Shown here piece by piece: positions 1-13,539 of a stretch of 64,000 nt of DNA. Below the pieces are notes generated by a model. The model saw only the letters and a program-made list of their open reading frames with translations, had not been told where the DNA came from and searched no databases. Position 1 is the first letter of the stretch, and each line of letters starts with the position of its first letter. The position numbers and the translations under genes were made by a program. This DNA is from Trichosphaerium sp. ATCC 40318 (lineage: Eukaryota; Protista; Tubulinea), in contig JALMLS010000455.1 of the NCBI GenBank assembly GCA_038496445.1, positions 558,001 through 622,000 of the forward strand. The letters run 5' to 3'.

Positions 1-14
1 AGTCAAGAGTTTTG

Positions 15-2141
15 TTAATTTGTAGATACAGCAAGAGCAAGGTCATCACCAGGATCCGAAGAAGCTCTCATCATAGCTGCTTTATTTGGCGCTGATTTTG
101 CTGTAGCTAAAGGAGAGCTTGATTGTACTGCTTTTGTCGGTGGGAAGTGTCTTGTTTTCATTGATCTTATGACGTTTCCAAAAGTCTGGAATTTAGATGA
201 TACTTCCTCTTCTGTAATCTGTTGGTAAAGAAACTTGTTAGTGGTCGAAAGAAACATACAAAAAAAATAAAAGGAAGAAAAAAAACGAACTTTGGCTGTT
301 TTGTGTTCATCTGCGATATCATCTAGATCATTCTTTATCTTTGAAACCTCCTAAATTTTATGTTGAGTTTATAATCAAGTCTAGTATCACGTGCGTGACG
401 TAAATAGATTATAATGAAAAAAAGCTTTTGGGATTTTTTCGATTTTTTTTTCGAGAATTTTGGTTTGTACCTTTCCATGTACCGCAATAAACTGTTCTAA
501 TATATCCTTCATAAACTCGTTACCCTATATTAGAATATTAGCATTAGAAAAAAAAAGCTGAACATTAATTAAGAGTTTCTGCGCTCAAAAACTAAACAGT
601 AACATTTACGCTTTTTTTTTCGCATACACGGCGTGTCATGTGCGCAGGAGAAATAGATAAAAATTAAATATTTTTCTTTTGTCAAAACTGTGGTTACTGC
701 ATGCAGGTTCGTACCCTAGAATTAACATCTTTGTTTGGCGCTAACCCAGCCTTTAAAAGAACATCTAGTTAGTACACAAAAGGTTTGTTTGGGTTTTTGT
801 TTTTTTAATTACCTCGTATTTATGAAATACTGCACACGTGATATCTGCTCCGTTAGCAGTTAAATTTTTTGCTACAAGTCTTATACGACGTAGTTCCTTT
901 CCAAGTTTTTGAAATTGTTCACCACCACTTGGTGGTGCGATAACTACAGGCATATCCTCGAATAAAGCTTGTGTTATTCCTCTTTCTCCTGAAACATCTA
1001 ATGCTATCCGACAAAAAGACCATACAAGTTTACATAGAACCTTGGCTTGTACAAGCTTCTGTGTTTTCTAGAATAGAATCTTAGTGGGAGAGAAAGTAGT
1101 AGTGAAAAGTATTAAGATCGAAACGAAATTGTTCCACAAAGTTGGGTTTGTTTTGTAACATTGTCTTGTTCTTTTGTTTCTTTCTTTGTTTTATCGTACA
1201 CCAGAGTATTTAACGGGCCATCTAGAAAGTACTTTATCGTATAAACAAACTTGAGATGATGTATGGAATATAAGAACACGTAAGGGACCTAAAGGAAAAC
1301 ATCAGTTGAGAATTCCGTACATTTTTCTAAAGAAACAAATAAAAAAAAAGAGCTAACGCCCTGACTGTTTGTGCGCCCGTTTTTGATAAACAAAAATTAT
1401 AACAAACTCCGTTATCGTAAAACTTACACCGAGAAAGAGAATGTCTAGAAGCTGGTGTTCTCTTATCAAACTCGCTGTAAGAAAAAAACAAAATTAATAT
1501 CACGTGGGTTATGGTGGAGGTATGGCTTTTTTCCGTCATTACTTACTTGTAAGTGCTTTTTGATCTCTTGTGACCATACTGATAAGCTAAGAGGATAGGT
1601 TAGTGTCACTTGCTGCATGAAAGCAAAGAAAGTAATTCAAGAAAACCGTAAGGTTGGCTTTCGTTCTTTCTTCTTACCAATGCTTGCGTTGTATGAAATA
1701 TCAGGTCTAACGGATAGCCGTCTTCTTCTAGCACGCGCTTGGGCGCTCTTATAAGCTGAAGAAGTTATTAGGTGAAGGAAATGAATTACGAAAGTAGAAA
1801 CTTTCCTTTGCAGGTAGAAGAAAACATCAAAAAAAAATAGGAGCAAAAGGCCATCAAAAAAAAAAATTTAGTTTTTTTGTGTAAACACTCAAGGTTAACC
1901 CCACGTGTTATATTCACTTTAGTGTATGTAATTTTATATTCAACTGACGATTTCAGAATACTTTATATAATTAATACATACCATCGACAGGCATCTCAGT
2001 CCGAGCCCTATGCCGAGCTTTTATAGCATTTCCATTCAGTTTTCTGCCTATTTTAAACTTGTTTGGATGTATTTTGGCTTAAAACACATCAAAACTCATA
2101 CCTGCACGTGGAGAGGAGTTTGTACGCGTCCTCAGTGACAT
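15..2141 (-). CDS. Multi-exon hypothetical protein
   Basis: ATG at 2141 (MSLRTRTNSSPRA), followed by a chain of open exons bounded by GT..AG (e.g. ...FEDMPVVIAPPSGGEQFQKLGKELRRIRLVAKNL..., ...ITEEEVSSKFQTFGNVIRS...), ending at TAA 15-17. No family recognised. Confidence 0.55.
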
Positions 2142-2758
2142 TATGATCTGTTATAACGAGTGGTAACGTAGTTGCAGTAGTCCGGTGTGATGCTTCAGTC
2201 AAGGTTTGTGTTCAAAAAAGTCACCTATTTACTTAACTGCTATTTGTTTGAATGGGATGACCGTTGCTGGTTCTATTGTTGTTGTAAAATATCTCGTAAA
2301 TATCTAAAGAGTGTCTCACGATATAACTGTCCAAGATGAAACGTGAACGTGCACTTTTTTTTCGGTTTTTGTTTGGTTCTTTTTCTTTTTATTGTTGGGT
2401 GTAGCAACGTCTATTTTAGGGTTATGTTAAAACCCCTTACAGCGTCACACTCTACCTATACTACGCAAGAACATCGTAGGTGAGTTTTTTGTGCACGAGA
2501 AAATGATATAAAAGTCGGTTGGGTTTATTTTAGTATCAACACATGTTTTTTATAAATATATACACCCAAAAGCCTGTTTGGATCATTTGTCACGTGACCT
2601 GCTTTGGTTTTTTTTGACAAAATAGTTTCTCATTTCTGGTGTAGTTGATGCGTTACTAATAATAGAGGGTGGGTAGTAGGAGGAAGGGAATAGTTATGAG
2701 TTGAGTTTTGTTGATGTGACTGTCAACCAAAGGCCAGTTTTTGGGTTTTTTTTCTCCA

Positions 2759-3191
2759 TCAGTTTTCAGATGCGTTGATGAGTTCTTTTTCTTTTCTTTC
2801 AATATCAGTTCTTTCTAGTTCAATACCAGCTACACCCTTCATAAACTCAAAATAAGGGTCCTCGTATACTTTTGTAAGGCCTATTTGTGCATTTAGTGAC
2901 ATATTAGATGCGTGAGCTTAAAAGTGTTATACCTGCTCGCTGAAATCCTGTCTTACGCGTAACATGGCCGTCATCATCAAGCCCCTCAACTTCTAGCTTT
3001 TTTTTATTTGTAAAGAAGAGGATTGGTGCTGCAGCGCCTAAGAATGATTAGAATGTCTAATATACGCTCAAATACGCACCAAAAAAGAACGTCATCATGA
3101 ATACAGTGAAAACAATTTTATTTTCATTTTTAAGGTACGATTTATATGTGCGCTTCCATAACGGTCTGTATTGACGCGGAATCCACGACAT
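2759..3191 (-). CDS. Small (~110 aa) single-pass membrane protein, 3 exons, unknown function
   Basis: Hand-spliced: MSWIPRQYRPLWKRTYKSYLKNENKIVFTVFMMTFFFG|AAAPILFFTNKKKLEVEGLDDDGHVTRKTGFQRAG|LTKVYEDPYFEFMKGVAGIELERTDIERKEKELINASEN*. Two GT-AG introns keep frame. Basic N-terminus plus one hydrophobic helix. Head-to-head with the primase gene. Confidence 0.65.
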
Positions 3192-3357
3192 GCGCTTACC
3201 GTATGTAAAAATACGAGACAAAAGTTACAAAGTCAAGCGAATTCTCGGCGCGTGCTAGCAGTTACACTACGCTGTATAGATCTAAAGGTACGATACTTAG
3301 TAAGTACGCCATTGCGTGTACAAGTTGTAGTGTATTGGCGCCAACAATTGTTTTAGA

Positions 3358-5669
3358 ATGCTTTCAAAAAAGAGAGTAAAGGCAAAGGCACTAAGCGCTT
3401 ACGAAAACGACCCAAGCTACAAATGTCGGTTGTCATTTTACAAATTACCGCCAACTGAGGAAGTGACTGTAGAAGAGCTAGAGTCCTTCGCTTTTGATCG
3501 TTTGAGCGGTACGAGTACTTGTTAGAAGCTAGTTTGCTTATGTAAGCAAAGTCCTTCGAGAGATAGATTTTTGTACTATTAGAGGCTACAAAGCACAACA
3601 AAAGTCTAACCATATCGAGGGGTATGTTAAACAGTTTTACATTTGAACGTTAACCTCAACGTAGGTTTTGGGCCGCAAATTGAAGCTAATTACCAAGGAA
3701 GATATCAGAAAGGACGTAATATCGCATCACCTTGTTCGTTTGGCATACTGTAAACCGTACGTTTACCGCCCTTTTTTTAAAACTTACACAAAACGTAACA
3801 ACACGCGTAGTGCTGATCGTGGATGGTTTATCAAAGCAGAAGAACAACTATTGATGTACGTGTCTACTTGAATTTCTTTTTTGAATTTGTAAAAAAAAAT
3901 CCAAAAGCACTCCTCCCTGAACTTGAATAATCCTAAACACCTCCCTCAGACATCGACTAAAATCAGGAGACGCCATGAGACAATTCAGCCTCGATAATGA
4001 TCTCGGTTTGGAGTCAGTACGGCCTTTTTTTGACATTTCTTTTTTTTCTCATGAAATCAACAAGTCACTGAACTCTCTTCGCACTGTAGCTATCCCAACA
4101 AGAATATGAACAAGTAAAAGATATGCTAGTACAAACGTTGAACTCTATACAATTCATGCCACTAAAGGAGAGAATGTCTAGAATACGTGAAATGCGTGCA
4201 GCGCAGTTTTACAAGGTGAGAACTTGCAAACTCTTTCACTTTTTTTCTCTTTTTGTACCGCTTCTTACTGGGTTTTAATAGGTTCCTTTTGAGAAAGCAT
4301 TAGGTCTTCTTGCTACTAGAAAGGTTTATTTGCGTCAGGGTACATGTTACGTCCATCAAAACGACCTCATGTCCATCATTCTTGCAAAGTTCAGAGAAAC
4401 TCTTTCAACTGCGCTTGCTTTCGCTTTCAAGGCTTTACCACGGTTCATGCGTGATGAAAGAATCGGACCTATTGTTGAAGGACTTCCACAACAACATGGT
4501 ATGGATTACTCGGTTCCTAAGAACAAGCATAGCATCACAACGAAGGATCTTCAAGGAGTACGTTTTTTTTTCTTGAACCACAAGTTTTTTTGTTTGTGTT
4601 ATTTGATGGTGCCTTGGGCGCTTACATAGTCCTTCTTTAGCTCCAAGCACGTGGAAGTTTACCTTTGTGTATGGAAGTGTACCAAACACGGTTAGTAGAG
4701 AAGCATAAACTGTTCCACAGCGGACGTTTGCACTACGGATTATTCCTTAAAGGAATCGGTAAGTGATATTTTGTGAACCAAATTTTTACGAGTTTTCGGA
4801 CTCCATCTCGCGTGTATCTCTGATTTTATCCACTTTGTGGAGGCACTCTTTAGTGGTTTTACGCTGGGCTGTATAATAACGCTAATATGTGACTTAGGTA
4901 TCGAATGTGAAGATCTTCTTCGTTACTTTAAGCATAGCTTTCTGAGAGCTATGAGTGAAAAAGATTATAAAACAGGCGGTTATGCTTATAACTTGGAATA
5001 TATGTATGGTGGTAAAAAGGGACCAAAGGATTGGTCAGCTTATGGATGTCAAAAGATTATTGAGCAGTCTGGAACTATTGGTTTAAGCGAGAAGAACAAA
5101 AAAAGTGTTGGTATGTTTTTGAGTGAGATTTTTTTTAAGGCGTCTGACTTTGGTTGCTTGTAGGACCTTCTGCTGGAAATAGTCATCAAGGTTGTCCTTT
5201 TAAGAATGCTTCAAGCGATGAGCTTAAAGCCCGCGTTATGGCTAATGGTGGTACTACTTTCCAAGCGCTTGAAGTTTTGGACTTTGTTTCATCGAAGAGA
5301 TATAAGGTACTTTTTATGCTTTTTTTGTTGTAATATCCACGTGCTATCGTTATATTTTCAAATGTTTTTAATATCTATACAAACACTTTGCAATGTACTT
5401 GCGCGATTTATCACTACTACTAGCATGAATAGTAGTAGTACACAAAAATCTCGTGAAACAACTTTTTTTTCATCTACTTTTTTACTCACCTTGGTGTTTA
5501 GGAAGCTTGTGCACAGTACTTCACTATTAAGCATGAGAATGCTCAACCTTTCATGTTAATGCATCCTAATCAGTACTTTGATATGAGTATGGAATACTTT
5601 AAGAAACAGGACGCAAGTAGTAGTGAGAATGTTGATCCTAATGCGCAAGGAAATTCTATGTCGAATTGA
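3358..5669 (+). CDS. PRIM2: DNA primase large subunit (p58/PriL)
   Basis: Spliced exons give LSFYKLPP...ELESFAFDRL, RKDVISHHLVRLAYC, KVPFEKA, LPLCM...HKLFHSGRLHYGLFLKGIG, YAYNLEYMYG, YGCQKII, HQGCPFK and HPNQYFDMS. These include the Fe-S cluster cysteines of PriL. Confidence 0.95.
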
Positions 5670-6798
5670 CATTGTTTGTATTATTAAACCTAGCAAAGTT
5701 ATTTGTTATACATGTATTTTTTACATGGCGTGCACAACAACATGTTTGAGCGTATTTCATGTAGAGAGTGGTTAATAGTAAAGTATCAACAAGGCTATGA
5801 CAACTCAAAAAAAACCTACAAGAATCGTCTTTTAAAAAGACTCCATTGTCGTTGTTAGAAATGTGCTTTTATCTCGTGCCAACAATGGATTAATGCATTA
5901 TTGTGAACAAAGTCGAGAGCAAAGCACCAAGAAATAGTCTTAACAGTCAACTGTGAGGTCATGGTTGGTTTTTTTTACAAAGTAGACAAAAAAGGATTAA
6001 GAATATCTGGACTTATGAAGAATTGACATTGTTGTAGTTGGGCTGTACTTGTAACTGTACATGCGTTCATACTTTATACGTAACCTATGATACAAGAAAT
6101 GAGATTCCAGGGCTACGCCGTACAAAAGTTCCAGGGTTTTTTATCTCTTTTCTTTCTTTAGCTTTTATAACCTACAAGGCACTATTTGTGATAGATGGCA
6201 AGCTTGTATCACTGGATAGGAAAGGGCGGGATAATAATTGTACCGCGGTGTAGTGTGTACTTTTGTAGACTCGCAAGAGTGATTACAGTTACTGTCCTTC
6301 GCAGCGAATGGTCGTATGTTTTAAACTAAGTACTTGCTGTACAAAGTAGCTATCACTTCCAAGCTGAGTCAACAAGAGTGTAATGTAACGCTAAGACAAC
6401 ATGTACTAGTAGCTATTAGGCGTTCTGTTAAACAACAGAAAGTATTTCCAAGGTGAGTGCAGCAAATCTCAAGCCATGGACATGCGAGCTTGCTTGGCAC
6501 TAAAGTAAACAAGCTGATGGCTTTTTAGTCAAAATAAATATCGAGTAAGTACTTGTTGACATTGCTAAAGAATATTCATCACTAGCTTGTTTTTGCATGT
6601 TACTACTGCTTTAATAGAGTATATTTTGAAGCAGTAGTTGCATGCAAAATATAAAGTAGTTTTAGTGTCCGCTGCTTCTAGTTCAACGCACTATGCGAAC
6701 CTCAGTATCAAGTATGTAATATTGAAAGATACTCATTGGATGACACGTGTCAAATGTCCAAACAAATGAAGGTAAAACTTGCTGTAATTGTTTTAACT

Positions 6799-8793
6799 TT
6801 ATTGATTTAAAACACTGTCAGAGGATGGTTTGTATGTGTATGCGTATACTAATCCGCTCTCGTAACTTGGTATGAATAATTCACTAAACCCATCACCGTC
6901 GATATCAGCAATAACAGGTTGACCTACAAGCGTTGGTTTTAAAACTAAAGTGTATCCAAAAAAAAAAAAAAAAGTAAAAACTCGTACCGACAGTGTTGTT
7001 GTATTTGTATAGGACTGTTTGACTGAATACGAAATCTTGGGCTGTAGGATCCAATAAGTAAGCTTCCTAGGAAAAATAAGTGAGTCATTACGAATAGAAA
7101 GGGCAGTAACAAAGATAGGAATATTATCTTTTTGAAAAGTATAAATTGTTTACACTCGTCGGCGTTTGCTTAAAACAAGTACCTGAGATCCATCACCAGC
7201 AACCAATATCGAAGGAAGTTTTGAAGATTTTGAAGGGTAAAATGCTTGTGCATCTCCAGGTGTACCTTGACCAGGACCAGTGTTACGAATAATAAATCTA
7301 CAAAAAGAATAAACGACAACACGTGACAATAACTTTAATTTCAGAAAACTCCTTTAATCGTACCCGCCAGCTATCTTGTGTCTTGTGAATGTACCATTCT
7401 TGTAATCAGTAGGTACTTCATATACATAAAGAGCAGAAGTTTCTGGAGTAGCTTCATGGTTTCCAATGAGAAACTCTTTTTTACCATCGGCATTCAAATC
7501 AACAATGCGTACATCAAAAGGCTTCAAAAAGTATTAGCTGCCAAACAAAAAACGAGGAAGAAACGAAGAAAATCAACTGAGTTGAGCGAAGTTCTTTCGG
7601 TTTTAGGAAAATCCTTTGTGGATCTGCCTTATCCGGTTGTAGCTTAAGTTTTGTGTATTGGTTTTCATGCAAAATGACGTACACTTCCAATATTTGTTTC
7701 AATAACACGTGATTCGATGTTTCCGTTATTCCAAGAGCCTGTTGTTGTCCAGTAAATAACAACTTCTTGTGAGAAAAATTGAGTTGCGATGATTTCTGGT
7801 ACACCATCAGAATCGATATCGTACACCTAGTAACAAACGTTTAGATGACGTCTATGGAAGTGATCTTGAGTTACCTGAAAGAAAATATCTGGGCCATCAA
7901 CTATGTGATGAAGCTTCCATTGTTGGAAAAAGTCGCTACCAGGATTTTCATACCAAACGAGTTCACCTGCAGTTGATCCGACGAATATTGGCTTGTACGC
8001 TCGAGCTGTAATGATATCTTGGTCTCCATCTCCGTCAACATCATACCACTCAACTCTATGAATGTAAAGTTTAGCAAAATGGGTCATGAAGAAATGTTTA
8101 CTCACCTATGATAAAACCATTGTGACTTTTCGACTGAGATTTGTACTGCTTGTCTAGCATTTGATCCACTTCCAAGATCGTATAAGGTAATAGCGCCTGT
8201 TTGAGAAAGAGGAACCAAGAATCCTCCGCCAACAGCAAGGGCAGGGGTATCCAAAATCTACGAAGAAGATAAGGAGAAAGAAAATTCCAAAAAGCACTTC
8301 ACCTTTGGATCTACGAAAGACGGTTCATTAGGCCACGTGATACTTCCAGACATTTTTTCTAATTTCGTATTCGCCAAGTCACTGATATCAAGAGGACCAG
8401 AGACAGTTACCATGTCACTACCTTGAACACGTGGTAAACAAATAAAGAAGCCAAAAAGAGAAAAAGATCAAAGAAGAAAAGTGAACGGAGAGCGGAGACG
8501 TAATTTGTCCGTCTTTCTTTTGGTCTTTTTCTACTTCTTTTTCAATATATCGTAAAAATGTACGTACCGAAAGGCGAAAAGGAAGTTATAGCTAAATGAT
8601 AAGGACCAGTAGGAGTGTATTTCCCAAGGTTAAGAAAAGCTGCATCAGCGACTTTTAACGTAGTAAGGAGCCTTGGTGTCTCATCAGCGGCACTTACAGC
8701 TACGTTTTTATTAAATTAGTGTATAAAATGCCGGTAAATACTCGTACCACACAGTAAAGCTATTGTAATCGCTATAAACGTCAACGAATTCAT
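6799..8793 (-). CDS. Secreted FG-GAP/VCBS-repeat beta-propeller protein
   Basis: Signal peptide MNSLTFIAITIALLC. Repeated Ca-binding DxDGDG motifs (WYDVDGDGDQDII, YDIDSDGVPEII, ADIDGDGFSELF). No transmembrane segment before TAA at 6799. Confidence 0.85.
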
Positions 8794-10216
8794 ACTTTGA
8801 TGGCCTTTAACTTGAGTAAATGAAAAACAAAGCAAACTTAATCTAAAGTTAATTAAGGGCGGTACCAATTACGGCATTGTAGTCCTTGATACGTTTCAAC
8901 GCGTACCTGAAGCTATTAGTCCCATTGTTTCATATTTCCTTTGTTTTTCGCTTTTTAATGTGTCGGCTTTAGGCCATAGCTTTAGCTAAGAAGGAAAAAA
9001 CCGTTTGGCGATAATTGGCCACGTGCGAATCGGGAAAACTTTTTGACGGAATTTTAGGCTGTTTTCAAAGAGTAAAAACTGTACACAAAATAAACCAAAA
9101 AAGCAACATAAATAACCACATGTAAAGTAATCACGTGGACTTACAAAACTAACGACTCGTGGGCTTTGTCTTCAACAACACCATAATATTAACAGCGCTT
9201 AACTTTGAGAGTAAACAATCCATAGACATCTCTTTCGTCATGATAATTGTTTGGTTAAGATAAATTTCATTGCTTAACCATGGTTTCAGCGGGAATCTCG
9301 ATTGGATAACACCTCGCTTGAATACTACATTCTAACGCTCTCACGTTATGAATGAATAATATGAATATAGGCAATAGTAACCAGTAAATTCTAGCTTTCA
9401 CGCGACTGTAGCGTCAAAAATCCGGTAACAAGTAGTACTACGCACATGGAGTGGTGCCAGGTGCTGTTTTGGCTTTTTAAATCACGTGACAATAACCTAT
9501 TTATTTCACCGCCTAAGTAAACCGTTTTGAGGTACATAACTGGGTTGTTAGATAATGGTCACAATACCGCATAACTAAAGTGAAGCGAGTAGGTTTTGGT
9601 TTGTGCATGGCTTTAAAAAACTGTTACTTGAACGTGTCACGGTACAAAAAAGCGCAAGCGTTACAATGGACAAGCTCACGCAAACATTATCTGTGAATAT
9701 TCACGAATGACTATTGGCATGTGAATATGTAGACAGTCAGTATGAGCGCTACATTCATTCATTTATTTAGCGAGATTAATCCACACCATTTGTAAAAATT
9801 GGGTTCAAGTTGATTCTTTTGTCGTGTAACTACGAGGAGAATTACAAGATAAGGAACTTCATGATCTGAGTATGAAGAGATTCATGTATGACATTTTAAA
9901 TACTGTTGCTCAGTATGTTACACTATTGACATAAAAGATTGTAATGATAAAACAACTTGTAACTTGAAGGAACATTTAATGTGTAACAGGGCTTGTTTTC
10001 AAAAAGATAACAACATTTGTTTGGTCGTAGATGCATTCCAGAACCAGATAGCACAATCCTTGTGCACCAATGTAGCTCGCTATTACTCCAACAGAATAAT
10101 ACTTCAAGCGTAGTTACAGATAAGAAAATTTAATGAAAGCTTTACCGTAACAAACTGGTAAATTCTGTAAAGTTCCGTAGAACTTTTATTCATAAAAAAC
10201 CACTTGTACCTGAACC

Positions 10217-11474
10217 ATGCGTCACGTTATCATTCTTGTTGTATTTGCGATACTAAGCTCAATGGTGTATTGCAGTTGTAAGGATGTTAAAGCGTCAGAT
10301 GGCTCCAAGTACGATTTAAGTGCTATTATTGGAAAGGTAGAGATAGGGCTGGGCACCGATCCATGCTCTAATTGCAAGGTATGCTGGATGAACTAATTTT
10401 AGACAAAAAAACACCTCAGTATTCACTGTCACGTGATAACATGCAAGTTACCAACTGTACTGTGCAGTACACGCATTGTGGGGCACTTACTATCATCATT
10501 GAGGCAGTTGTTAACCTAAACGGTTTTTTTACACGCTCTCCAATGTAAAACTTGCACTTACGCCCGCGTATCACGTGTGATGATGTTCTTCCTACTCTTC
10601 GAAAAGTAACTAGTATTTTCAAAGGATGGACATTACCAGTACCAAGTCTCAGTTTGCCAACAAAGAAGCGCTGCATGTGGTGTACGTCACTTTCTCTCAT
10701 TTTTATTGCCTGTACCAGAATGTAATTCTTGCTTTACAGAACAGTGCCACTAGCTGGGGAGTTTGTCAAGCATGGGATGATTATGTTACTCCAAGCTCAA
10801 AGGTATTTTTGTTTGCGTTACGTGACCATTACAGTAACATTTCTTGCAGGCAGTTATTGGTAACTTTGCTCCAGCTAGTGTAACTGGTTTATCAGGCGGT
10901 AAAGGTGTCAGCCTCAGATACACAGGAGGAGACGGAGGAAGAAGTGCTACAGGTACGAAAACTGAACAATGGTACACGCAGTAATCGTCATTTAGCGGAG
11001 ATTGCTTGCAAAAAAAACGCTGGAGGCACGTGATTAGTGATTAAATAGTCCTTTTTTCTGATGTTTCTTTAGAGTTCGATAGCCTGAGTATTCAAGATCA
11101 AGAAGGTTCCTTAGATTACCATATTACCGCTGAGTCGCATGCTGCATGCAGTGAGGGAGGCCCAGGTGGGAAGAGTGGAGGGCTCAGTATTGGTTCTATT
11201 CTTTGTATTTTACTGTTGGTTGGTGTTGTACTTTACATTGCTGGAGGTATCACTTACAATGTTGTTCGAAAGACAGGAAAAATATTTCCAAACACTGTAC
11301 GTCATCAAGTGTATCTATTTATCATTGACAAGAGCTACAGGAGTTTTGGCTTGGATTCCCTGGCCTCGTTAAAGATGGTGTCATGTTTATTGTCAATCGA
11401 GGTAACATGCCTTAATAGATACAATGTGCTAATAGAACTTTTTAGGAAATAGTGGCACATACACTGACGTGTAA
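10217..11474 (+). CDS. ATG27 / cation-dependent mannose-6-phosphate-receptor-like type I membrane protein (MRH domain)
   Basis: Signal peptide; KYDLS; LRYTGGDGGRS..IAC; SHAAC; TM GSILCILLLVGVVLYIAGGITYN; tail PN.EFWLGFPGLVKDGVMF; C-terminal YTDV* (YxxPhi sorting motif). Confidence 0.85.
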
Positions 11475-11938
11475 ACCCAATAAAATCTTGTTGTTCCCTT
11501 CTCTGTTAAGTTTAGTGCAGAGTAAAGGCCTTCTTTATAGCATTAGTTATTTAAGCGTTTTAAGTCTTGTTGGTAGGTATTTGTAAGCACGTGATAGCCA
11601 TAGTTCTGGGTTTTTGCCTGTATCGATGTGAAAGTGCTTCTGCGCTTCATGTATCTACCAATAAATAGTCCACATCGGATGCGCTTCGTGTTTGCTCGTG
11701 GCTTGTGAATCATGAGGTTTTCATGCTTCACGATACTATAGCAACTATTTACCAATGTATAACACCGGCGAAATAGTTTAATGTATAACCTCGGAGTCAT
11801 GTTTCTTTCGCTGCTCTAGTATCAAGTTGATACTACTTCGTCTCTGGAGTGTGTTAGTTCTCTACATGTTACGAACCACCTATGCTCCACTATCACGAAC
11901 TTATTTTTGAGAAAATCATTCTATAGCGAAGACCAAAC

Positions 11939-12090
11939 ATGCACACTCACGTCATTTTTGCTGTATTGGCGATACTAAGCTCAATGGTATGTGAGGATGT
12001 TAAAGCGTCAGATGGCTCCAGGTACGATTTAAGCGCCATTATAGGAAAGGTAGCGACTGGAATGGCACCAACCCTTGTCCTGGTTGCAAG
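11939..12090 (+). pseudogene. Truncated duplicate of exon 1 (plus start of intron 1) of the upstream ATG27/MPR-like gene
   Basis: Near-identical to 10217-10380 (gcgatactaagctcaatggt...gatgttaaagcgtcagatggctcca.gtacgatttaag...ggaaaggtag) with a small in-frame deletion. There are no downstream exons; it runs into the 3' end of the CBS gene. Confidence 0.7.
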
Positions 12091-12174
12091 GTATTCATCA
12101 TTCTATTTTGGCTTGTTTTTTACTCAAGAACTCTCTCACTGTTGGTACATACTGTTTGTTTATTTGACATTTAT

Positions 12175-13539
12175 TTACACATTTATATCCGTAAGTATTT
12201 TCATAACATCCGTCAAGCTGAAATGGAACGTGTCAGGTTTTTTCTTTGAAACAAGTTAAACTACATACCTTAGTACGCCAATAGGTCTTATATTATCATC
12301 GACTACATAAACGCGATGCACTTTATGTACAATGATCTTTAAAAGAACAATCTCCAAGCTGTCTTTGAGAGATACATAGACAGGAGGCTTAACCTCGTAA
12401 GTTAGCTAAACAAACCATTCTATCGACATACCTTTGCATAGCCGTGTACTTTACGAATAAATTCCATAACGTTTAACGCCAATGAATGGAAAGAATGAGA
12501 TGATATTCCCTAAAAATACCTCAATCACGTGTTAAATACATTAAATCAGTTGACATACCAAAAGATCCGTTGCGCTAAAATTAGCAACCAATCGCCTGTC
12601 TTCATTCACTACTGCTAATGCGGATATTGACTGTGCGTTTATTCTTAGAAGCGAAGATACTACAGGTTCATTATCACGTGAACATTCCACCTATTTTAGT
12701 GAGAAGAGATTTAATGAAATCAAAGTAGACGTACAGCTTTCATAGGTAAGGTGAGAATTTCTCCGAGAGGAAGTGTGCATTTTAATCCAAGGGTTGGGCC
12801 ATAGGGAGCCAGAAATTCGGCTATATCTGATTGAGATATTACATTGATAACTACTCTTGGTTCTGTAGCACTACAGACAGCAACTCGATGTACTCCTTAT
12901 GATATGTTTAAAAACAGTTTATCAAAAATCTATTATTTACCTGTAGCGAATATCTCCGCGCATTTCCACAAAGAGTCAGTTTCACTAACAGAACGATACT
13001 CATTACTTTCTGACAAGTTCATTATGTCCTTTACTTTCTAGAATGGTTGATGAGTAAATCAATGTCAAGACTATTAAGAGCAATGCTCAAAATAGCAGCA
13101 AAAGCGCTTGCCTGTTTTTTGAGACATTCGCCTAGTTTGCCCATGAAGTCTTTACCAATGATTGCTGCTTGAGCATCACCGAATATTAATCCGATAACGT
13201 ACGAAACAATGTCGAGTACATCAACAAATCCGAGAATAAGTTGGTTGTCTTAGGAATCGATTAAAAACAAGCAATCATTGCCTGATGATAACATACCTAC
13301 AACGACTGACGAAAGTAATTTTTTAATTGCCAGCTGTTCGATAACAGATGAGAGAAAGTCATTTCTACAGCTTAATCAGTGACATGATGTCGTTTGATGG
13401 CTGAAAAAAAACGTTCAAAAAAAAAAGTTTCGTACGAGTTTGACGTTACAATTGCCCTTGGACGCACAGCATCCTTTACTTGGGCCAATTTCATAACGTG
13501 CATATACAAGGGATGATTAATAGATTGTCCTGTTGCCAT
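12175..13539 (-). CDS. Four-CBS-domain protein (SDS23 / AMPK-gamma-like)
   Basis: Not captured by the ORF track. Hand-spliced: ...QVKDAVRPRAIVTSNSNDFLSSVIEQLAIKKLLSSVVVDNQLILGFVDVLDIVSYV...KVKDIMNLSESNEYRSVSETDSLWKCAEIFATGVHRVAV...VISQSDI...SALAVVNEDRRLVANFSATDL...HKVHRVYVVDDNIRPIGVLSLTDVMKIL. Confidence 0.85.

Noticed and set aside
5700-6740. Possible minus-strand exons with GTAC donors
   Set aside because: I could not assemble a continuous frame or recognise a motif.
6799-8793. FG-GAP protein as an integrin alpha partnering talin
   Set aside because: It is only a propeller: no leg domains, TM helix or GFFKR tail.
9150-10195. Minus-strand fragments including HESLH (HExxH-like)
   Set aside because: Stops flank the motif and there is no coherent gene model. 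It is at most an old pseudogene.
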